NCBI RefSeq assembly: GCF_004010195.1
Contig: NW_025214289.1
Span: forward strand, 1-41,193
Direction: 5' to 3'
Origin: Chiloscyllium plagiosum
Lineage: Eukaryota
DNA length: 41,193 bases
Made by a program: the position numbers and the translations under genes. Shown here piece after piece: positions 10,101-20,099 of the stretch (its first letter is position 1; the number at the start of each line of letters is the position of its first letter). Below the pieces are notes generated by a model that searched no databases, was not told the origin of the DNA, and saw nothing but the letters and a program-made list of their open reading frames with translations.

Positions 10101-13100
10101 GACCGGAGGCAGGGTCTGGGGGGCGCTGACCGGAGGCAGGGTCTGGGGGGCGCTGACCGGAGGCAGGGTCTGGGGGGCGCTGACCGGAGGCAGGGTCTGG
10201 GGGGCGCTGACCGGAGGCAGGGTCTGGGGGGCGCTGACCGGAGGCAGGGTCTGGGGGGCGCTGACCGGAGGCAGGGTCTGGGGGGCGCTGACCGGAGGCA
10301 GGGTCTGGGGGGCGCTGACCGGAGGCAGGGTCTGGGGGGCGCTGACCGGAGGCAGGGTCTGGGGGGCGCTGACCGGAGGCAGGGTCTGGGGGGCGCTGAC
10401 CGGAGGCAGGGTCTGGGGGGCGCTGACCGGAGGCAGGGTCTGGGGGGCGCTGACCGGAGGCAGGGTCTGGGGGGCGCTGACCGGAGGCAGGGTCTGGGGG
10501 GCGCTGACCGGAGGCAGGGTCTGGGGGGCGCTGACCGGAGGCAGGGTCTGGGGGGCGCTGACCGGAGGCAGGGTCTGGGGGGCGCTGACCGGAGGCAGGG
10601 TCTGGGGGGCGCTGACCGGAGGCAGGGTCTGGGGGGCGCTGACCGGAGGCAGGGTCTGGGGGGCGCTGACCGGAGGCAGGGTCTGGGGGGCGCTGACCGG
10701 AGGCAGGGTCTGGGGGGCGCTGACCGGAGGCAGGGTCTGGGGGGCGCTGACCGGAGGCAGGGTCTGGGGGGCGCTGACCGGAGGCAGGGTCTGGGGGGCG
10801 CTGACCGGAGGCAGGGTCTGGGGGGCGCTGACCGGAGGCAGGGTCTGGGGGGCGCTGACCGGAGGCAGGGTCTGGGGGGCGCTGACCGGAGGCAGGGTCT
10901 GGGGGGCGCTGACCGGAGGCAGGGTCTGGGGGGCGCTGACCGGAGGCAGGGTCTGGGGGGCGCTGACCGGAGGCAGGGTCTGGGGGGCGCTGACCGGAGG
11001 CAGGGTCTGGGGGGCGCTGACCGGAGGCAGGGTCTGGGGGGCGCTGACCGGAGGCAGGGTCTGGGGGGCGCTGACCGGAGGCAGGGTCTGGGGGGCGCTG
11101 ACCGGAGGCAGGGTCTGGGGGGCGCTGACCGGAGGCAGGGTCTGGGGGGCGCTGACCGGAGGCAGGGTCTGGGGGGCGCTGACCGGAGGCAGGGTCTGGG
11201 GGGCGCTGACCGGAGGCAGGGTCTGGGGGGCGCTGACCGGAGGCAGGGTCTGGGGGGCGCTGACCGGAGGCAGGGTCTGGGGGGCGCTGACCGGAGGCAG
11301 GGTCTGGGGGGCGCTGACCGGAGGCAGGGTCTGGGGGGCGCTGACCGGAGGCAGGGTCTGGGGGGCGCTGACCGGAGGCAGGGTCTGGGGGGCGCTGACC
11401 GGAGGCAGGGTCTGGGGGGCGCTGACCGGAGGCAGGGTCTGGGGGGCGCTGACCGGAGGCAGGGTCTGGGGGGCGCTGACCGGAGGCAGGGTCTGGGGGG
11501 CGCTGACCGGAGGCAGGGTCTGGGGGGCGCTGACCGGAGGCAGGGTCTGGGGGGCGCTGACCGGAGGCAGGGTCTGGGGGGCGCTGACCGGAGGCAGGGT
11601 CTGGGGGGCGCTGACCGGAGGCAGGGTCTGGGGGGCGCTGACCGGAGGCAGGGTCTGGGGGGCGCTGACCGGAGGCAGGGTCTGGGGGGCGCTGACCGGA
11701 GGCAGGGTCTGGGGGGCGCTGACCGGAGGCAGGGTCTGGGGGGCGCTGACCGGAGGCAGGGTCTGGGGGGCGCTGACCGGAGGCAGGGTCTGGGGGGCGC
11801 TGACCGGAGGCAGGGTCTGGGGGGCGCTGACCGGAGGCAGGGTCTGGGGGGCGCTGACCGGAGGCAGGGTCTGGGGGGCGCTGACCGGAGGCAGGGTCTG
11901 GGGGGCGCTGACCGGAGGCAGGGTCTGGGGGGCGCTGACCGGAGGCAGGGTCTGGGGGGCGCTGACCGGAGGCAGGGTCTGGGGGGCGCTGACCGGAGGC
12001 AGGGTCTGGGGGGCGCTGACCGGAGGCAGGGTCTGGGGGGCGCTGACCGGAGGCAGGGTCTGGGGGGCGCTGACCGGAGGCAGGGTCTGGGGGGCGCTGA
12101 CCGGAGGCAGGGTCTGGGGGGCGCTGACCGGAGGCAGGGTCTGGGGGGCGCTGACCGGAGGCAGGGTCTGGGGGGCGCTGACCGGAGGCAGGGTCTGGGG
12201 GGCGCTGACCGGAGGCAGGGTCTGGGGGGCGCTGACCGGAGGCAGGGTCTGGGGGGCGCTGACCGGAGGCAGGGTCTGGGGGGCGCTGACCGGAGGCAGG
12301 GTCTGGGGGGCGCTGACCGGAGGCAGGGTCTGGGGGGCGCTGACCGGAGGCAGGGTCTGGGGGGCGCTGACCGGAGGCAGGGTCTGGGGGGCGCTGACCG
12401 GAGGCAGGGTCTGGGGGGCGCTGACCGGAGGCAGGGTCTGGGGGGCGCTGACCGGAGGCAGGGTCTGGGGGGCGCTGACCGGAGGCAGGGTCTGGGGGGC
12501 GCTGACCGGAGGCAGGGTCTGGGGGGCGCTGACCGGAGGCAGGGTCTGGGGGGCGCTGACCGGAGGCAGGGTCTGGGGGGCGCTGACCGGAGGCAGGGTC
12601 TGGGGGGCGCTGACCGGAGGCAGGGTCTGGGGGGCGCTGACCGGAGGCAGGGTCTGGGGGGCGCTGACCGGAGGCAGGGTCTGGGGGGCGCTGACCGGAG
12701 GCAGGGTCTGGGGGGCGCTGACCGGAGGCAGGGTCTGGGGGGCGCTGACCGGAGGCAGGGTCTGGGGGGCGCTGACCGGAGGCAGGGTCTGGGGGGCGCT
12801 GACCGGAGGCAGGGTCTGGGGGGCGCTGACCGGAGGCAGGGTCTGGGGGGCGCTGACCGGAGGCAGGGTCTGGGGGGCGCTGACCGGAGGCAGGGTCTGG
12901 GGGGCGCTGACCGGAGGCAGGGTCTGGGGGGCGCTGACCGGAGGCAGGGTCTGGGGGGCGCTGACCGGAGGCAGGGTCTGGGGGGCGCTGACCGGAGGCA
13001 GGGTCTGGGGGGCGCTGACCGGAGGCAGGGTCTGGGGGGCGCTGACCGGAGGCAGGGTCTGGGGGGCGCTGACCGGAGGCAGGGTCTGGGGGGCGCTGAC

Positions 13101-13946
13101 CGGAGGCAGGGTCTGGGGGGCGCTGACCGGAGGCAGGGTCTGGGGGGCGCTGACCGGAGGCAGGGTCTGGGGGGCGCTGACCGGAGGCAGGGTCTGGGGG
13201 GCGCTGACCGGAGGCAGGGTCTGGGGGGCGCTGACCGGAGGCAGGGTCTGGGGGGCGCTGACCGGAGGCAGGGTCTGGGGGGCGCTGACCGGAGGCAGGG
13301 TCTGGGGGGCGCTGACCGGAGGCAGGGTCTGGGGGGCGCTGACCGGAGGCAGGGTCTGGGGGGCGCTGACCGGAGGCAGGGTCTGGGGGGCGCTGACCGG
13401 AGGCAGGGTCTGGGGGGCGCTGACCGGAGGCAGGGTCTGGGGGGCGCTGACCGGAGGCAGGGTCTGGGGGGCGCTGACCGGAGGCAGGGTCTGGGGGGCG
13501 CTGACCGGAGGCAGGGTCTGGGGGGCGCTGACCGGAGGCAGGGTCTGGGGGGCGCTGACCGGAGGCAGGGTCTGGGGGGCGCTGACCGGAGGCAGGGTCT
13601 GGGGGGCGCTGACCGGAGGCAGGGTCTGGGGGGCGCTGACCGGAGGCAGGGTCTGGGGGGCGCTGACCGGAGGCAGGGTCTGGGGGGCGCTGACCGGAGG
13701 CAGGGTCTGGGGGGCGCTGACCGGAGGCAGGGTCTGGGGGGCGCTGACCGGAGGCAGGGTCTGGGGGGCGCTGACCGGAGGCAGGGTCTGGGGGGCGCTG
13801 ACCGGAGGCAGGGTCTGGGGGGCGCTGACCGGAGGCAGGGTCTGGGGGGCGCTGACCGGAGGCAGGGTCTGGGGGGCGCTGACCGGAGGCAGGGTCTGGG
13901 GGGCGCTGACCGGAGGCAGGGTCTGGGGGGCGCTGACCGGAGGCAG
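7185..13946. repeat. 27-bp G-rich minisatellite (CTGACCGGAGGCAGGGTCTGGGGGGCG)n, ~250 copies
   Basis: Direct reading: 6762 bp / 27 = ~250 units; 21/27 GC, 15/27 G on the + strand. The only variants I saw are the first two units (GGGGTGCG). Confidence 0.99.
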
Positions 13947-14380
13947 AGGAACGTTTGAGGACTCTGGGGTTGATACTCGATGGACTGGAGAAGGATGAGG
14001 GGGATCTAATTGAAACATACAGAATACTGAATGGCCTGGACAGAGTAGATGTTGGGCAAATGTTTCCATTAGTTGGAGAGACTTGGACCTGAGGGCACAG
14101 CTTTAGAGTAAAAGGGAAGACCTTTTAGAATGGAGATAAGGGGAAACTTCTTTAGCCAGAGAGTGGAGAATCGATGGAATTCACTGCCACAGAAGGCTGT
14201 GGAGGCCACGTCAATGCGTATATTTAAGATGGAAATAGACGGGTTCTTTAGGATCAAGGGGATCAAGAGTTACAGGGAAAAAGCTGGAGAATGGGGTTGA
14301 GAAACTTATCAGCCATGATTGAAGGCAGAGCAAACCTGCTGGGCTGAATGGCCTAATTTCTGCTCCTGTCTCTTATGGGC
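13947..14380 (+). mobile_element. CR1 LINE 3' fragment (ORF2 C-terminus and tail)
   Basis: EERLRTLG, RRMRGDLIETYRIL, TTCTTTAGCCAGAGAGTG, tail GGGCTGAATGGCCTAATTTCTGCTCCT. Confidence 0.9.
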
Positions 14381-14484
14381 TTGTAACATTTAGGAAAAAA
14401 GCTTTCAAGTTAGCTTCATGATCCAGGTAGTAACATCAGCTGCAATCATAATGCTACAGTGAGAGAATTTGAAAACCCTTCATG

Positions 14485-14591
14485 ATAAACAAATTTCTGG
14501 AGAAGCTCAGCAGGTCAAGCTGCATCTGGAGCGAGAGCGAGAGACAGCAGAACAGAGTTAGCGTTTCCAGTTGGGAGTGACTCTCTAGAAC
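14485..14591 (-). mobile_element. Degenerate Penelope pseudo-LTR fragment (second subfamily)
   Basis: TTTCTGGAGAAGCTCAGCAGGTCAAGCTGCATCTG...CAGAGTTAGCGTTTC, similar to the arm of 391-575; similar remnants at ~20580-20680 and ~40810-40870. Confidence 0.55.
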
Positions 14592-14961
14592 ACCACGGAA
14601 ATGGAAGCGGGGACCAAGCAGAAAGATTTAAAGTGCGAGTTGGGGGAATGTTTGCTTATTTGATCACCCAGAGAAGGGAAGACCATGGTCTGAAGCAGGT
14701 AACAATTCAGGGAGGGAGCAATCCAGATCAGCAGCTTCACGTCTCAGACAGTCAGACTCCCAAAACACACGCTCAGGACAGAAGCAAGTTACCCTGCACC
14801 ACAGGGAGAGACAACAGCAGACAACCAAAACACCGTACCAAAACAAAACACCGGAGCTCATCAGTTCAGCAAGAGACAGTGAAAGGTAAGATTAGAGCAG
14901 GGCCTCACTGGGAGATGTCTCTAACGGATATTTAGTGAAAGGGTCCAATATTTCTTTTTGC

Positions 14962-15665
14962 TGTAGAATGACAATAGGTTTGTTTTTTTTCTCCTTTAGG
15001 TGAAATAAACTGGAGTTAAACGCTAGCAGACCAACCTGACAGCACCAAGTGTTCTGAATAAGGTACAGTGTAACATGTGGGCTAGCAGCGAGAGTCGCTG
15101 GTTGCCTGGAGACAAAAACAAGTTGGAATGAGGCCAATCAATTTAAATTATACCCCCCCCCCCCCACCGCCACACAAAAATATCAGCCTCCAATCAAGTT
15201 TGAATTGAGTATATTGACTATTTTCAAAGCCAATACGATGGTTTGGGGGTATAAGACCAGGGAAAATTGAACAGTTGGGGGGAGAACTGCCAAGCTAACA
15301 GTATCTGCAGACATCCTGGAGAATAGCTCTCTTAAAAAGGTACCTTTACCGATCAGTTAGCGGTGAAACAGAAATCCCCTCAGAAAAGATCATTCAATAC
15401 CTGGCTGGTTTTGAAAATTTGAATTATTGGTAAACCTTAAGGAGTTTTATCCAACTAGTATTATAGAGGGGAAGGTAAAAGAGGTTAGAGGAAGGATTTG
15501 TAAATAGGGGTTAGTTCATTATTCTCTGCTATACCTTAAATAGTAAAGTTGTCAATTTTTATTTTAAATAATTCTTGGCCTCCGAGTTTCACACGTTACT
15601 GCACAGGATAAATCTGGTGTTGCTAAGTTTAAATTAAGCAGGAGGGTTTACCCTGTATCATAACC
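14962..15665 (+). mobile_element. Solo-LTR-like element
   Basis: TGT start and ...CATAAC(C)A end, CCAAT followed by a TATAAG box at ~15230-15255, and colinear similarity to 36305-36855. Confidence 0.6.
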
Positions 15666-16064
15666 AGTATACCCAAGATGGCATCAGCTGTGACAAAATA
15701 CACTTCCCACTGGACTCCTGGACTAAAGTACTGTGACAGGAAAATCTAAGTCAGTAACCAAATCCCTGAATTAAAACAGAGTGCATCAAGCCAGGTTAAG
15801 GGAGAGGGTCAGCTCCCTCAGGCTGAGAGCTTGTTGGGGGTTACATTTACTTTCAATAACAACTGGAATTTGTAAACCATTTTAATTGGCCGTAAATCCA
15901 TAAACAATTATGTGCTGCTTCGACAGTCTTGAGAAAACCAGACAGAGTTTAGACACTCAGATTTCTGCAGCTCAGAGATATCCTGTAAAACTCTGCCTCT
16001 AGTGATTCTATCCCCCCGACCCCCAACACTGTCCCCAACGTACTTAGGACACACCCCACACAAT

Positions 16065-16177
16065 CCTCCCACAGCCCTGACCCTCTCCGAGACACATACA
16101 CACACACACACCCCTCCCACAGCCCTGACCCTCTCCGAGACACACACACACACACACACACCCCTCCCACAGCCCTG
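16065..16177. repeat. ~48-50 bp tandem repeat containing (CA)n, ~2.3 copies
   Basis: CCTCCCACAGCCCTGACCCTCTCCGAGA(CA)n units starting at 16065, 16113 and 16163. Confidence 0.9.
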
Positions 16178-16178
16178 C

Positions 16179-16357
16179 TTAGTGGAGACCACTGTAATGG
16201 GGCAGGTTGTATGGGACTGGGATCCTGCTGTGTAACTGTCGATGTCTCATTACGAGCTGGTTATTCCGGGGCACCCTGGAGCTCCTGGTCTGTTGTGCTG
16301 ATTGATGCCAGTTGTCCTGGAGCCTGGGCAGAGAGTTGGTACGCATTGACAAATGAT
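16179..16357 (-). other. Candidate terminal coding exon of an unidentified gene
   Basis: Acceptor TGTTTCGGTTTCAG, open GC3-rich frame (D)HLSMRTNSLPRLQDNW...PYNLPHYSGLH*, ATTAAA at 15881-15886 downstream on the minus strand. No homology recognised. Confidence 0.3.
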
Positions 16358-16746
16358 CTGAAACCGAAACAGTACCGGTCAGTGCTGGGGGATGGGCAGG
16401 GGGGCACACTAGGCCAAAGCCCCTCCCCACTCCAGGGCAAGGTCCACAGCCCATCATTTAAAGTCTTCCTATCTCATCCCAGTTAACAGCTGCTGGTCTC
16501 CATCTACCCAGGAAGTTCACAATAACAGATACAGCGCCTTTCCCATGAACGATGGGAGTTCAGAGAGAGAGTGGCCCATTCACAGAAGGTTTGGCTGTGA
16601 ACTCCACTCCACTCGACCCAGCAGTTTGGAGAGGTCACACCCAGAGTACACGCTACCGTTTTGGTCTCGTCATTGTCCTGGCCGAGAGAGCACGCAGTGT
16701 AGGTTTTCCAGGGCTGGCTTGCACTGGACAGGGTACAGGGGAGATT

Positions 16747-16897
16747 GCAGCATCCAGGGAACAGGAGAATCGATGTTTCGGGCATAAGCCCTTCTTCAGG
16801 AATGTTCCTGTTCCCTGGATGCTGCCTGACCTGCTGCGCTTTTCCAGCAACACATTTCCAGCTCTGATCTCCAGCATCTGCAGCCCTCACTTTCTCC
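16747..16897 (-). mobile_element. Short Penelope-derived fold-back element with a hammerhead-like core (copy 2)
   Basis: Reverse complement of copy 1, including the same arm/loop junction GGAACAGGAACATTCCTGAAGAAGGGCTTATGCCCGAAACATCG; perfect 13-bp TSD TACAGGGGAGATT at 16734-16746 and 16898-16910. Confidence 0.87.
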
Positions 16898-17122
16898 TAC
16901 AGGGGAGATTCTCTAGGCTTTGAGTGGGCTGAAGACAGATTCCCCTTGATGGAGGGGTCAGTGAGCAGAGGGGCTTGGCGGTTCAGAGGAGATGGTGGGA
17001 ATCTGGAATCACTGTCTGGGAAGGAGGGACTGGGGCAGAATGAACATCACAGGGAGGGGGTATTTAATTCCACAACATCCCCACTCTCTGGGTGAAGATT
17101 TCCCCCTTGTACCAAACCATGT

Positions 17123-17424
17123 GGGCGGCACGGTGGCACAGTAGTTAGCACTGCTGCCTCACAGCGCCTGAGACCCGGGTTCAATTCCCACCTCAGGCGA
17201 CTGACTGTGTGGAGTTTGCACGTTCTCCCAGTGTCTGCGTGGGTTTCCTCCAGGTGCTCCGGTTTCCTCCCACAGTCCAAAGATGTGCAGGTCAGGTGAA
17301 TTGGCCATGCCAAATTCCCTGTAGTGTTAGGGACAGGGGTAAATGTAGGGGATTGTGGGTGGGTTGCGGGTTGGTGCGGACTTGTTGGGCCGAAGGGCCT
17401 GTTTCCACACTAAGTAATCTAATC
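17123..17424 (+). mobile_element. HE1-type V-SINE, full length
   Basis: A/B-box head, V-domain, tail GGGCCGAAGGGCCTGTTTCCACACTAAGTAATCTAATC. Confidence 0.93.
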
Positions 17425-17476
17425 CACCCATTCTCCTCTTCCCTTCAATCCTTTGAGCGGAGGATATGACCAACTT

Positions 17477-17632
17477 GGAACATGCCACATTAAGGAGATT
17501 TAAACAATCCTTAGATAAGCACATGGATGATGACAGGTTAGTATAGGGGAACAAGCTGAGAATAGTTCATAGGGTGGCACAACATCGAGGGCCGAAGGGC
17601 CTGTTCTGCACTGTATTGTTCTAAGTTCTATG
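17477..17632 (+). mobile_element. CR1 LINE 3' tail fragment
   Basis: TTAGATAAGCACATGGATGA...ACAACATCGAGGGCCGAAGGGCCTGTTCTGCACTGTATTGTTCTAAGTTCTATG. Confidence 0.8.
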
Positions 17633-17744
17633 CCATCCACGTAACTCCCAGCCTCACAGATGGGCCAGTGTCTCCAACACTAGTCAAACTCTGAACCCCT
17701 GAGCCCAGGGGGCGATAGGATCACACTAATATCATGGCTATAGC

Positions 17745-17913
17745 TAACTCCCTCTGCTCCAATCCTGACCTCACCATCAAACCAGTGGATAAAGGGGGCG
17801 CAGTGGTAGTCTGGCGCACTGACCTCTACACTGCTGAAGCCAAACGCCAACTTGAGGACACCTCTTCCTACTGCCCACTCGACCATGACCCCACCCCCCA
17901 TCACCAAACCATC
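17745..17913 (+). mobile_element. Penelope-like element reverse transcriptase fragment (DKG region), cut by the gap
   Basis: Translation LCSNPDLTIKPVDKGGAVVVWRTDLYTAEAKRQLED...LDHDPT carries the PLE-diagnostic IKPxDKG motif. Confidence 0.88.
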
Positions 17914-18413
17914 NNNNNNNNNNNNNNNNNNNNNNNNNNNNNNNNNNNNNNNNNNNNNNNNNNNNNNNNNNNNNNNNNNNNNNNNNNNNNNNNNNNNNNN
18001 NNNNNNNNNNNNNNNNNNNNNNNNNNNNNNNNNNNNNNNNNNNNNNNNNNNNNNNNNNNNNNNNNNNNNNNNNNNNNNNNNNNNNNNNNNNNNNNNNNNN
18101 NNNNNNNNNNNNNNNNNNNNNNNNNNNNNNNNNNNNNNNNNNNNNNNNNNNNNNNNNNNNNNNNNNNNNNNNNNNNNNNNNNNNNNNNNNNNNNNNNNNN
18201 NNNNNNNNNNNNNNNNNNNNNNNNNNNNNNNNNNNNNNNNNNNNNNNNNNNNNNNNNNNNNNNNNNNNNNNNNNNNNNNNNNNNNNNNNNNNNNNNNNNN
18301 NNNNNNNNNNNNNNNNNNNNNNNNNNNNNNNNNNNNNNNNNNNNNNNNNNNNNNNNNNNNNNNNNNNNNNNNNNNNNNNNNNNNNNNNNNNNNNNNNNNN
18401 NNNNNNNNNNNNN
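17914..18413. other. Assembly gap (500 N)
   Basis: Run of N; the round size suggests a scaffolding placeholder. Confidence 0.99.
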
Positions 18414-20099
18414 CTTAAGAAAGGTTCTTGTTTTACTTAAATCACCATCTTAAGCTAGCAGATCGAGGTTAATTTGAACGTTTACCAAGGGAAAATGATT
18501 ATTTTGTGAAACACTGATATTTTGTCCTCTTCCTCTTGCCAATGATGGAGGACGCGTATTATCAAAAGGTTTACTCCAAGTGTCAGAGGAGTTCTGAAGG
18601 TGATTTTCACGAAAACTTCCTTGGTTCCACTGTGTGGCCCCTCGAGAGCAATTAAAGTTCTAATGTCGGGGACCGCCACAAGTAAGGCAGTTTCGAGTCG
18701 GGCAGTCACTAGTCCAGTGATATAGGCCGGGGACGGACGCCTCGGGGAGTCCCTCTGCCAAACACACAATCGTGGCCTCGAATGGGTGCAGGGCCACGAC
18801 TATGAAGCACGGGTAGTTGTTGAGATGCCTCCTCTTGGACTACGAATTCCAAATTTATACGGATTAGTGGTATGTCTTCATTCTGCTGTTTCACCAAGGC
18901 CTTATTATTCTGATGGAGTTGATCAGCGGTGGCTTCAACACAGTCCAAATTGTTTGTTTTGACTGCTGTCACCACAGAGGGTGGCAGGCAGCTCAATAGC
19001 ATCGAATTATATTGAGCATGAACAGCATTTAAATTCCAAGCTCGATCCCGAAATAGGGCTCATAACATTCTCTAAAACGTTCAAGGAAATCTTCAGCAGA
19101 CTCCTTATTTTTGGGGTGATGTTCAAGGATGCAAGTAAAATCCATAGGTTTTTCTAGTGTGGCAGATACAAACGAAAGGATATCATCATCTCGTTGCTGA
19201 CCTTGGACTACAGCATTAGAGAGGGCAGAAATGTTATTGTGACCAATAAATTCATTTAAACGGACATATTCAGAGCAGATAAGGACTTGCTGAGGAAGAG
19301 CCCAAAGATCCGGGGCAATGCCATCATAACTTTTAAGTGAAGTGTTTAAAAAATCAACGAACTGCTGAGGAGTCTTGTGGCGGTCTGGTGCATTACGGAG
19401 GATGGACACAATTTCATTTGATTTCCAGAGACAGTAAATATGCATAGTGTCATTTTGACGAGGAGTGCCAGCCTGAGTGTTCGGCAGTTCTCTCATAGGG
19501 AACATATAAAATGTGTGGGTGCTTCGTCTTTCGAATCATCAGAAGTGGTATTTAAATGCGTTTCTAATTGCTGAGTGAGTTGTTTCTTCGACAATCTGTG
19601 CTGTTTCAATCTTTGCTAACTGCGAGTGTTATAAACAACAGTGTTAGAGATCTGGGGAAGGGGTGGGGGATTAGGAGTTTGCTTGAAAGTCACTGGTGGC
19701 TTCTCCTTTTGTTTCGGTTGACGGTTTGCTCGAGCACATTCATCATTGAGAACCTCAATAGATTTCATGGCACCATCAGCAGTTAATCCAATTCCCAATT
19801 TAGTGTCATTGTCCTGCCATGAGCACAAAACTAATTCTTTATGAGATTCATCACAATATTGTCTCCACCGTCCAATTCGTCCCTTTATTTTGTAATTCAT
19901 GTTTCTTTGCCAAATCATTTGCTTGGCTGACTTGATCAATTGAATACTTTCAAGGCCACCTATTAGCCACTTCTCATCCACCAATTCTTTATGTAATGTG
20001 CCAGAAAGTTTTCGAATGGTTTGGATTTTTCGAGTAACTTCTCACATATTTTTACTAACGGTGAAGATAGATCTTCCGTCTTATCTACAGATTACCCAT
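18414..20099 (-). mobile_element. Endogenous retrovirus gag (MA-CA-NC), class I (gamma/epsilon)-like, pseudogenised
   Basis: ATG-GGT-AAT (MGN, myristoylation-like) at 20099. CA starts FPMRE and contains the MHR-like KESAEDFLERFRECY (ORF 19029-19505). CX2CX4HX4C knuckle CLTCGGPRH*NFNC at 18648-18689. Frameshifts and stops throughout. Confidence 0.85.

Noticed and set aside
7185..13946. CRISPR-like array
   Set aside because: Head-to-tail repeats with no unique spacers, eukaryotic context, no cas genes.
7152..14069. 2305-aa ORF as a genuine mucin or cell-surface gene
   Set aside because: It arises automatically from a 27-bp unit with five open frames; it starts and ends in LINE remnants; there is no signal peptide and almost no synonymous variation.
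17734..18453. 239-aa and 188-aa ORFs across the gap
   Set aside because: Mostly N-derived X residues; only the pre-gap Penelope RT part is real.
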